A stretch of 54,387 nt of DNA from a virus, in IMG/VR virus record IMGVR_UViG_3300010273_000001, positions 1-54,387 of that record. The stretch is one strand, 5' to 3'. The position numbers and the translations under genes are program-made. The notes under the pieces are model-generated. The model ran no database searches, was not told the DNA's origin, and saw only the letters and a program-made list of their open reading frames with translations. Positions within the stretch are counted from its first letter, which is position 1; each line of letters opens with the position of its first letter. Positions 23,401-31,258 of the stretch are shown here, one piece after another.

Positions 23401-24182
23401 TCAATAATCCGATTGCTTTCGCCGATCTTAACGACGGAGATACAATATATTTTCAGTCTAAAAACGGCGAACCCGTTCCGTTTGTTGTAGCTGGTTTTGA
23501 AGCAAGCGATCGTTGGAGTTTTTCCCTTATAGGCAAAGCGGATGCGGCGGAATACAAAACCGATTATATATACAAGGATTTTTCTAATAAACCTTTGTAT
23601 TTATCGGCTGCTTGCGATTATAAAATAGACGAAGATTATTTCCGGGTTTGCATTCTTGAGCCTCATTATATAAGCGAATTTATAACAGTTAAAAAAGAAA
23701 AAGGCGAAACAGATGAAAAATATGCGGAACGCCTGTCGCCGATTACTGATGAGGCAACACATTATTTCTTCGGTAATTCTGGAATGCAAGATTTTATGAT
23801 TATTGCGGAAAAGCCTATTCAATTTGTTTGGGTAAGTTGCATTACTGATTTCAATAATAACTTGTGGGAAAAAACAATGTTCATGGCAAATATTTATGCC
23901 ACTAAACAGACAAAAGAAAATAACTTGTATTTGGGTTGTAGAACTATGAGAAGACTTAAAGCGCTAGACGAAGTCATCCCTTTACCGAATAATTTTGATT
24001 TTGGAGAACTTGACTTTAATATGTTTACTTTCAGCACTTTTTCGGAATTCGGCATGTCTATTCGGATGAAAGAAAATAATTTCCTGTATATTCAGTTTAT
24101 GGTAAAAGGAGAGGGAAGAATTCATCTTAATGCTCTTGAGATTATCTATAAACTGAATCGCCGGCTTAAGACAATAGGATAG
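20451..24182 (+). CDS. large structural-module protein (1243 aa), function unassigned
   Basis: Uninterrupted 3.7-kb ORF with SD AGGTGA. No motif recognised. Confidence 0.85.
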   Translation: MKERRVFSFSNFRGLDREHKPLMVHPSRATNGINFQIDGGTLKTRPAVKFKRAPIFSLDEDDFIIDWYDFRGIYVYVTKKHIYIENAEKQEYFNETMENSKLIHPKFPTFNFSGFTPVFQEEKEVLFIFGLDGNIFIFSVLSDGKYVLYELRNKPSNPYSAEQEPFYTEYENLPIPYEPTIFIGENRFEDVNLLSKVTKYRLFASTKDFDDGGRILYRLPTHYDPEKHGEYDEEVTIYKNKFSDFTVVPVFLGRQGEDFEEDFEEFDPPATLYNNTPFEIQNVFTPANDFEYRKDGTDITPISEILGLDKNTFFNFKEKNLNMNVFELLINIIRSEGQKFDSNKIVVFKLPVRYKAVYRDANNNYIIESSMKQSDFLIYVLLQKYSGFLEDPDVYTSSMKVTDLSKEDYPEYPAVLGTYDDIVVLPGSPFKVSFFSQLDFQSSAMQYLWQNKEDFTPGQRIRVNARFYEEYEIPHPNKIEIDWMSINDHLGDYVSEEVVVEPFDTDTYPDYPPDPDVYTTVIELSSPIETSDIDFHGDGHKGTTRDIEEAIEWYFLSNKDEFQDSGEALFKIRVFERNLDDQGGTFPRGVSAVIPVSYEKAWVEKYQNRYSASCLISFQVEAIEPGMYEFRFNEVDHVFELRIKDYYFDYNNEPSIEVKVTFDKNPEYELVSKCRFGITFGSENRLFLAGHPEYPNIDRYNVSNDLLSDRVGNQSYELSYFPSRNRRVVGGPGAINGYVVATDTHLYITKEDYPNDQKLFVRERILDENGVVGYKEYKTSVGKTPLNHRCIVRFFNDILMLAKDGLYGIEISGNILVNERLIKPRSLLIDKDLSEKIKKYDKHKIYIAENNQQLYIFIGKTVFVADVKYVFVDEHDPYEFKTYEMVEWELPFETRYAKFLSDDFFMLDDNGKIFYHFEEDSNDDLALKLFQSVSLFGDFAFLATQETDEFIEKNKIIRFIFSEIYGSFAKEGTDFVIEDGVVYINNPIAFADLNDGDTIYFQSKNGEPVPFVVAGFEASDRWSFSLIGKADAAEYKTDYIYKDFSNKPLYLSAACDYKIDEDYFRVCILEPHYISEFITVKKEKGETDEKYAERLSPITDEATHYFFGNSGMQDFMIIAEKPIQFVWVSCITDFNNNLWEKTMFMANIYATKQTKENNLYLGCRTMRRLKALDEVIPLPNNFDFGELDFNMFTFSTFSEFGMSIRMKENNFLYIQFMVKGEGRIHLNALEIIYKLNRRLKTIG

Positions 24183-24195
24183 GGGGTTTAAGAAG

Positions 24196-24594
24196 ATGAG
24201 ACCAGATTTAGAAACGCTTTTGATTTCGCCCGAACAAGAGCAAAAAATCAAGCGTAAACTCCCGAATCAAATGCCGACAAATCCGACAGCTCAAGGATGG
24301 TCTGGGAAACAGATTCAGAAGTTTTTAACAAGAGCATTATTTGATTTAGATGGGAGTTTATACAGTGAATTAAAATCGAAAATGATTGCGACGAAAGATG
24401 CTTTTGCCGCGGTATTTACGGAAATTGATGCCATACGGACGCAAGTCTCGAATATTTCTGAACTACTTGACGAAGAGCAGATAGCAGAAATATTAACGAA
24501 AATCGCGGCTTTGGAAGAATTTAAGGAGATTGAAATCTCCCGAACCGAGCCGGAGGATAAAACCAAAGATAAACTATGGCTAAAAATCTTATAG
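24196..24594 (+). CDS. hypothetical protein (132 aa)
   Basis: SD TAGGGGG upstream of the ATG. Confidence 0.6.
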   Translation: MRPDLETLLISPEQEQKIKRKLPNQMPTNPTAQGWSGKQIQKFLTRALFDLDGSLYSELKSKMIATKDAFAAVFTEIDAIRTQVSNISELLDEEQIAEILTKIAALEEFKEIEISRTEPEDKTKDKLWLKIL

Positions 24595-24608
24595 AAAGGA
24601 GTTATAAA

Positions 24609-25001
24609 ATGGGAATGACAAAAGCGGAACTTGAAGAAGCGTACAAAAGGACATTAGAAGAGAATAGGTTTTTGGGTGAAGCTGTTGAAGCAAAAGACAA
24701 GGAGATCGCACAGCTTCGGGAAACACAAGAGAAACGAATTGAACAAATCCGGGCTATGAAAGAAAGAGAGATTGCTGAATTAAAGGAGCAACTCCAAAAA
24801 GAACGTGAAAAACAAGTTCAAATGCTCAATGCCGAGAACCTGAAGAAAGAAAATGAGTTTCTGAAAAATACATTAACCCGTAGAGAAAAAGAACTCAATA
24901 AGTTAATCATTTTGCACGGAAACTTGCTTAAAGCATTACAAGGCAATCTTGATAATGCTATTGAACTTAACGAATATTTTGTGAATGAGGTGAGCAAGTA
25001 A
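24609..25001 (+). CDS. coiled-coil protein (130 aa)
   Basis: SD GAAAGGAG lies 7 nt before the internal ATG at 24609. The stop overlaps the next start (TAATG). Confidence 0.6.
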   Translation: MGMTKAELEEAYKRTLEENRFLGEAVEAKDKEIAQLRETQEKRIEQIRAMKEREIAELKEQLQKEREKQVQMLNAENLKKENEFLKNTLTRREKELNKLIILHGNLLKALQGNLDNAIELNEYFVNEVSK

Positions 25002-26212
25002 TGGCAGTCTACAATGTTGAATTAAGGCGAAGCAACGGATCAAACTATGAAGATAGGATTTTTATAAAAACTTCCGTCGGTCTTGTTGAAGGCCTATTAG
25101 ATGTGAACAACAAGATTAAAGCTTCTTTGTTGCCTAGTTTTGTGTTCGGGAGTATGAGGTTTGTTAGTACTTGGGATGGTTCTGCTAAATGTAGTGATTG
25201 TAACGGAACTGGTCAAATTTCTTCTAGTAGTACAACTTGCCCTACTTGTAATGGAACAGGGCAAGTTGGTGGCTTTACTTGTCCCGAATGTTCAGGTCAC
25301 GGAACAATTGAGACACTTGAAAATTGTGAAACTTGTGGCGGCGATGGTGTTATAGAGTCGGATAACAATAAATTATCAGCAGCAAAAGCTATGATTGAAA
25401 GGTATGTTATAACTTATGGGGGGTCATTAATAGGTTGTTATTTTATTGCATCTAAGAAAATTACTCTAGATGTTTCATCACCATATGTTTTACATAAAGA
25501 AGAACAAGACACAGACTCAACTACAATCGAGTCGGGTGATTGGTTAATTTGTATGTCGGGCGATGGATATACTTGGGGAGTAATTAACAATACTTATCAA
25601 GATGCGTCAACAACATCTAAAGGTGTTGTCAAATTAGCAACCGAACAAGATGGTGTTAATGGAACAGCTACTACATTAGCAATGACTCCTAAAGCAACCG
25701 TTGCTGCAATCAACGCAAGGGCGTATCAGCACCCGACATATACAGGTAATGACTTGGGTGCCCCTTTAACAGGGCCAAAAGTGATTTCTGATGTTAATGT
25801 CAACAGTCTCGGTCATGTAACCGGGTTTGCAACCAGAAATTTGACACTTGCCGATTTAGGTTTTACAGGAGATAGTAACGCCAACTATTATGTCCACCCA
25901 GACATAACAGGCATGCCTTTGACTTTGTCTCTAGGCCCCCTTGAACACATCAGCAATATCCAAATTGATAAACAGGGGCATATTACGACTGCCAGTAAAG
26001 TGGGAATTCCAACAGCTAGCGAATCTACCACCGGGGTGGTCACTCTGGCTTCTTCTTCCGAGGCTAAGGGTGGCACAAATAATAGCAAGGTTCTAACCCC
26101 GGCTAGAGCAAAAGAAATGATTGACAAATTCGCATCCATTCCTATCGTCCAAAGCTTACCGACTAATATGTCAGAACATCCTGCTGGTAAATTGATATTG
26201 CTGCAAATCTAG
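25001..26212 (+). CDS. tail-fibre-like protein with DnaJ-type zinc-finger module
   Basis: Two copies of the fibre-type motif S..G(V)V.LA(T/S)...(G)...LTP/MTP. Also carries 4x CxxCxGxG at aa 64-116. Confidence 0.6.
   Translation: MAVYNVELRRSNGSNYEDRIFIKTSVGLVEGLLDVNNKIKASLLPSFVFGSMRFVSTWDGSAKCSDCNGTGQISSSSTTCPTCNGTGQVGGFTCPECSGHGTIETLENCETCGGDGVIESDNNKLSAAKAMIERYVITYGGSLIGCYFIASKKITLDVSSPYVLHKEEQDTDSTTIESGDWLICMSGDGYTWGVINNTYQDASTTSKGVVKLATEQDGVNGTATTLAMTPKATVAAINARAYQHPTYTGNDLGAPLTGPKVISDVNVNSLGHVTGFATRNLTLADLGFTGDSNANYYVHPDITGMPLTLSLGPLEHISNIQIDKQGHITTASKVGIPTASESTTGVVTLASSSEAKGGTNNSKVLTPARAKEMIDKFASIPIVQSLPTNMSEHPAGKLILLQI
25190..25348 (+). other. 4x CxxCxGxG cysteine-rich module (DnaJ CR-type)
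   Basis: CSDCNGTG, CPTCNGTG, CPECSGHG and CETCGGDG read from the translation. Confidence 0.8.
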
Positions 26213-27163
26213 GTGGTGATATATGTGGCTTATAACACTAAGTTATACCGATCCACCGGGAGCACGTGGGAGGAAGTGAGGGTGGGAAGCGAATGGGGGA
26301 TGATCGCCAACAAGCCTACTAACTTTCCTCCCACATCCCACACCCATCCGGATTATCTCTCAGTAACCGGCGGAACATTAAATGGAAGTCTCTCTATAAA
26401 TACAACAAATTTCCCTGTATTGGATATTACTAGGAACACGGGTTCAAGTGGTTCTGGTGTCTATGGCGGTGCTCGTTTAAGGCGGGTTACTTCGAATCCT
26501 CAAGCAGGGGTTGGAATAGGTTTCTACTTCTCAGCACCAAATGCGAGCGGAGCGGAAAAATTCGTAGGTCTGTTCGGGGCGTGTCTTACAAATATAGCCT
26601 CTGGTGCAGAGGTTGGTCAACTCAAATTCACTCCTGCATGGCACGGTGATGACCCGTATGATAATACTGTGATGACGCTTACTGCAACAGGGTTAAATCA
26701 GGGGCGCCTTGAACTTAATGGCGATATATTTGTTAGCAGTGGAGCAGAGATAGGCGGAGATGTGACAGTAGATGGTAAAATATACAGTTCTCCAACATCA
26801 GATTCCGACCCGGACAATACCGTTGCAACCAAAGGTTATGTTGACAGCAAAAGTTCGCTTCATAGGGTCGTTACAATCACTTCTAGTATTACAATCGACG
26901 ACAATTACAAACACAACGACTTGATTATTTGCAATAACTCTTCAGATATCCAAATAAACACTTATAGTTACACAAATCATCCTATCGGAACAAGAATTGA
27001 TTTTTATCGGCGTGGTTTTGGCAGAGTCAAATTCTATCCTTATTCTGGTAGCATTGTAGCGAAATCAGCACCTTATTACATCAAAGAACGTTATATGGCG
27101 GCTTCCCTTATTAAAATCTCACAGACAGAATGGCTGTTGATAGGAGCGTTGTCGACATCATGA
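26213..27163 (+). CDS. tail-fibre-like protein (316 aa)
   Basis: PTSHTHPDYLSVTGGTLNGSLSI motif common in phage fibres. Start uncertain (GTG at 26213 or 26225; SD AGGTGGTGA). Confidence 0.55.
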   Translation: MVIYVAYNTKLYRSTGSTWEEVRVGSEWGMIANKPTNFPPTSHTHPDYLSVTGGTLNGSLSINTTNFPVLDITRNTGSSGSGVYGGARLRRVTSNPQAGVGIGFYFSAPNASGAEKFVGLFGACLTNIASGAEVGQLKFTPAWHGDDPYDNTVMTLTATGLNQGRLELNGDIFVSSGAEIGGDVTVDGKIYSSPTSDSDPDNTVATKGYVDSKSSLHRVVTITSSITIDDNYKHNDLIICNNSSDIQINTYSYTNHPIGTRIDFYRRGFGRVKFYPYSGSIVAKSAPYYIKERYMAASLIKISQTEWLLIGALSTS

Positions 27164-27495
27164 TTCTTGGGATAATGTCAATACAAGATACTGGTTTAGA
27201 ACAGCCAGAAATATGGGTTACTTTTGAAGAAACAGGGTCGGGACTTAACGCACAGCGAATATATACTGCACATTTTGATAATCCCAACTCTGACAGTGGA
27301 ACTTTGTATTATAGTGTCAATGGCGGTTCAAGTTATTCAAGCACAAGTATTTCTGCAAACGGTAGATACTCCTTATCAGTATTAACATTAAGGCGCGGCG
27401 AAAGCGGTAGTGTTAATTTGAGAGCCTATTTGGTTATAAATGGAGAAACAAGTCCAACCGCATCATATATATCAAATTATTCCTTCCCATTATAG
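27160..27495 (+). CDS. hypothetical protein (111 aa)
   Basis: The ATG at 27160 overlaps the upstream stop (ATGA). The longer start at 27130 has no SD. Confidence 0.5.
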   Translation: MILGIMSIQDTGLEQPEIWVTFEETGSGLNAQRIYTAHFDNPNSDSGTLYYSVNGGSSYSSTSISANGRYSLSVLTLRRGESGSVNLRAYLVINGETSPTASYISNYSFPL

Positions 27496-27649
27496 AGGTG
27501 ATTTATGAAATTTTATATTTATACAAAAGAAAACGAATGGAGAATAGCTGCTGCATGTAAGCAAGATAGGGATGATTTAGAAGAACATATTATAGAAGCT
27601 GAAACTTTGCAAGAAGCAATAGAGAAATTTGAAAAAGGAGGGAAACTTG

Positions 27650-28276
27650 ATGAATATCAATCAAGAACTTATTAAAGATCTGATTTTACAATTTCTATCG
27701 GCAATCCCTCAGCTGGTTTTTGTGGTTTCACTTGTGCTTTCGTCTTTGAAATCGATCAAAAAGACTACCGCCCTGTTCCCAAACGAAATAGCGTTGACTA
27801 AAGACACTTTGAAAAAAACTTTTGAGGAAAACGCCGAAAAAGTCTACGATCATGTTGCCGGAGCAACGAACGAGTTTTTGTCTACACTTAAAAATACGGC
27901 GATTAATTTTGAAACCGAGGTAAAAGGGCTTATTGGAATAGTGCAAGAAAAAATGACCGGTTTTGAAACAGAAATCAAAGCCTATAAAGATCAGATTAAT
28001 CTTCTTGTTATGGAAAATAAGATTTTGTTTGACACTTTAATCGAACAGATCGCGCAGAATCCTAAGAAGATTAAGGAAGGAATTGCAAAAGTCGTCTCAA
28101 GCAAATTTAACATGGCAAAGGAAGAGCTCGAGAAATATCCGGAGTTGCTTACAAACGGTGATTCTAAATTGCTCGAAAAAGCCTTGAGGAATTTTGCCAT
28201 CGTTGCCGGGGGGAAGAATTTAGACGAATTATTGGGGAAATTCGGTTATGAAAAGAAGAAAAAAGAAGAATTATAA
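27650..28276 (+). CDS. membrane-anchored coiled-coil protein
   Basis: SD AAAGGAGGG precedes the ATG at 27650. N-terminal hydrophobic helix AIPQLVFVVSLVLSSL. Confidence 0.6.
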   Translation: MNINQELIKDLILQFLSAIPQLVFVVSLVLSSLKSIKKTTALFPNEIALTKDTLKKTFEENAEKVYDHVAGATNEFLSTLKNTAINFETEVKGLIGIVQEKMTGFETEIKAYKDQINLLVMENKILFDTLIEQIAQNPKKIKEGIAKVVSSKFNMAKEELEKYPELLTNGDSKLLEKALRNFAIVAGGKNLDELLGKFGYEKKKKEEL

Positions 28277-28769
28277 ACTTCGTAGCAAAGTTTATAAAGG
28301 GCTAGGCACTACGAGCATTTTCATTAATTCTTTTGGAGGCTTCTTTGTCTATGAATATTTCAAAGATTGGGACGATTTTAAAAAAATGTTGCAAAATTTT
28401 ATTATAGTTGAAGAAAAGAGCCTTAAACTTAATTTTGCCGTTGCTTTTCCGATGTTGGTCGGATTAATAATCTGTGTGATTTTGGTTTTGAAAAAAAACC
28501 GCTCTTATTTCAAAGACAAAATTAGTTTAGGTTTACTTTTGACTATTCTAATATGCTACTTTATTTATAGCATTATTGAAATTGCTTTGTCGTTTTTGGT
28601 CGGGGCTTTTACAGGGGCAATAGCGGATGATTTTGTTTTTTCGCCGTTATCAAATTCGGCTAAAGTAAAAGCAAGTGAACAACGAGAAATCGAACTCGAA
28701 AAAGAAAAAGAGCGATACCGTTTGATCGCTCGAAAGGAAGCGAGGGAAGAGTTAGATGGAAGCGTTTGA
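28248..28769 (+). CDS. multi-pass membrane protein (173 aa)
   Basis: Hydrophobic segments FAVAFPMLVGLIICVILVL and LGLLLTILICYFIYSIIEIALSFLVGAF. Confidence 0.6.
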   Translation: MKRRKKKNYKLRSKVYKGLGTTSIFINSFGGFFVYEYFKDWDDFKKMLQNFIIVEEKSLKLNFAVAFPMLVGLIICVILVLKKNRSYFKDKISLGLLLTILICYFIYSIIEIALSFLVGAFTGAIADDFVFSPLSNSAKVKASEQREIELEKEKERYRLIARKEAREELDGSV

Positions 28770-29937
28770 GAAAGAGCAAACCGAGAAAGAACGGTTTATT
28801 GACAGCGCCTATGATGCTGCCCATACTTTAGTTGGCAGAGGCAAGGAATGGTTGATAAGTTATATCGGGTTTTTTGCGCTTATAATCGGTCTTGTTATCA
28901 TTATATTTATTGCCGGTATTGAGGAAACAACGATGGTTAAAGCCTCAAACAGCACAAGCGGTAAACTTCTCAATATTTGGCGCGAGCAAGTCGGCGATGA
29001 AGAAGGGGTTTTATATCCCCAGGAAAAAACCGATATTATTAAATACAAAGATCGGGAATATTATTTCGTTATTGAAAAAACGGACGAAGAAGGCAACATC
29101 TTAAAGTGGTATTGGGCTTATGATAGCGGAATTGATTATGTTTTTCGAGAGACGCGGTATTATGTATTGATGGCAGTTACTTTTGTATTAACAATTATGG
29201 TTGCGGTTATTAGTTATCTGTCTACGAAAAGCAAAGAAAAAAAACGCAAAGATTTTGTGTTAAGTTTAGGATACTATAAAAAAAATAAAGAAAAAATTGC
29301 GCCTTATACGCAATATCTTCCTGATTTTTGCGAATATAAAAAAAAGCAGGCATATGAATTAAAAAAACGAGATATTATTTTAAGCGCCGATATAGATTAT
29401 AACTATTATAATTCCGAAGAATTCAATCCTGAAAAACTTGAAAAATGGCAAAAAAGAAGGTTGAAGAAAATTCGAAAAATCCGGGTTGAGGAAATGTCTC
29501 CTTCCGATCTCCTGCAGGAGTATAAAAAAACTGGGCTTAAAGTTGAAATGCTTCCAATGTCTGAAGAAAAACATTTTAAGAGATTTGTTATAAAAAATAT
29601 TTTTTCGCGTCTTTTTTCAATTGGAACTACCGGGGTTGTGATCGGATTTGGTTTTAAATTTGGCAATATCCAGCTTGCTTTGTTGTTAGGAAGCATGGTA
29701 GCTAGTGGTTGGGCTGGTGCCGTTGTTTCGGCAATAGTTTATGTTAATGAAACTTTGAGATATCGTTTTATTTCTAAAGGCGATTATCTTAATGAATTTT
29801 ATAATATAAAAGAACAATTTATTATATCGCCTTCTAAAACAGACGAATCGGATTATTATACGCAAAAAAAAGATAATCTTCTCACACAGGCGATTGAGGA
29901 GGACAAAAATGGCGGATTTGTTTTCCAAAGCGATTAA
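28756..29937 (+). CDS. multi-pass membrane protein (393 aa)
   Basis: SD GAGGGAAGAG. At least three long hydrophobic segments. Confidence 0.65.
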   Translation: MEAFEKEQTEKERFIDSAYDAAHTLVGRGKEWLISYIGFFALIIGLVIIIFIAGIEETTMVKASNSTSGKLLNIWREQVGDEEGVLYPQEKTDIIKYKDREYYFVIEKTDEEGNILKWYWAYDSGIDYVFRETRYYVLMAVTFVLTIMVAVISYLSTKSKEKKRKDFVLSLGYYKKNKEKIAPYTQYLPDFCEYKKKQAYELKKRDIILSADIDYNYYNSEEFNPEKLEKWQKRRLKKIRKIRVEEMSPSDLLQEYKKTGLKVEMLPMSEEKHFKRFVIKNIFSRLFSIGTTGVVIGFGFKFGNIQLALLLGSMVASGWAGAVVSAIVYVNETLRYRFISKGDYLNEFYNIKEQFIISPSKTDESDYYTQKKDNLLTQAIEEDKNGGFVFQSD

Positions 29938-31255
29938 AAAAATGAATAATGAACTTGAGCCGAATCTACATGAATTAGCGAAAACTCCTTATGGCGAACT
30001 CGAGATAACAAAATACCTTTACGAAAGCGGTTTGCAAAATATTTTCGAAGATTATCAAAAAAGTATGTCGGCTCTTTCGCAGCAAGAACAGCAGAGTTTA
30101 CAGGATGCTTATTTTATCCGGGAAATGAGCAAAAAATATCTCGGGGAATATGCGTCTAATGTTGGGCTTGGAGATGTTTCGGACAGTTTGCTTGATATTT
30201 ATGGGCAGTATCAGCAAAACCTCGGAAATATTCGCCAAAGTTATGATGCATTACGGCTCAATCTTACGCAAGAGTATAACAAGGCTCGGGAAGAAACGAT
30301 GCGCAATTTGCTTTTGACGAATTACGGAATTGAGGTCGCAAAATTGAGCGAGAAAACTCAGCAAGTAATGCATAATATAATTGTTGGTGAAACAGAAGGA
30401 TATGATCCGGTTGAATATTTGCAAAAACATAGGAATTTGATTGGGGAACATAATTATCGGGCGATTTACGAAACACTGTATAGTCAAGGTTTGCTTGGTC
30501 AATCCGATTTGGAATTCCATGATATTATGAATCCGGGTAGTGAACATTATGTCGGGGATGATTACGATTTCAAACTTATGACCGGAGAAAATGTCGATAA
30601 AAATTCTATCGGATTTATTGATCCGGCTGGGAATAAAAAATTTTCGGTTGTTGAAGATGCGGATAACGACCCGAAATTTGATATAACCGGCGAAGAATTG
30701 TATGAGATTTTTGACAAAAATTATCAAAAGGGTTTAGTCAATCATGCCGTTCCGGTGCAGGGGGACATTGTCCTTGCCCGTGGCTACAATAACGAGACCA
30801 ATTCCACGGAATTAGTGGAATATATCTTTAATAACGGTAGATGGCATAGGCTTGTTACCGAAAAGCCCATAGCTTCTAGTCCAGACGAGATGAAATTATG
30901 GCGAATTCCAGAAGAAAGGAAAAACATTGAACTTACCGATTTTAAAGCAAGCAAGAATAGTGTAACGTTTAACGGTATTACTTGGGTTGCTGAAAAAAGT
31001 TCGTATTTTTCTGTAAATAAGAATTTCGAGCGCGTCCGCTCACCATTTGGTGCTGCTGAGTTCCAAGATTCTCAGGAAGTTATTGAAGAAGTTGTAATTG
31101 ATTGGGCTACACCGGATCAAGCAGAGATAGCGAAGTTATTCAAGGAAACACATGGATATTCTAAAGATACTACTTTCGTGATGTATAACGGTGATATGTA
31201 TATGTTGCGCGGTAAAGAGGGCAAAATTTATAAAATGAAACGCAAAGAGGAGTAG
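29909..31255 (+). CDS. hypothetical virion/ejection-module protein (448 aa)
   Basis: SD GAGGAGG lies 6 nt before the ATG at 29909. Confidence 0.65.
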   Translation: MADLFSKAIKKMNNELEPNLHELAKTPYGELEITKYLYESGLQNIFEDYQKSMSALSQQEQQSLQDAYFIREMSKKYLGEYASNVGLGDVSDSLLDIYGQYQQNLGNIRQSYDALRLNLTQEYNKAREETMRNLLLTNYGIEVAKLSEKTQQVMHNIIVGETEGYDPVEYLQKHRNLIGEHNYRAIYETLYSQGLLGQSDLEFHDIMNPGSEHYVGDDYDFKLMTGENVDKNSIGFIDPAGNKKFSVVEDADNDPKFDITGEELYEIFDKNYQKGLVNHAVPVQGDIVLARGYNNETNSTELVEYIFNNGRWHRLVTEKPIASSPDEMKLWRIPEERKNIELTDFKASKNSVTFNGITWVAEKSSYFSVNKNFERVRSPFGAAEFQDSQEVIEEVVIDWATPDQAEIAKLFKETHGYSKDTTFVMYNGDMYMLRGKEGKIYKMKRKEE

Positions 31256-31258
31256 GGT

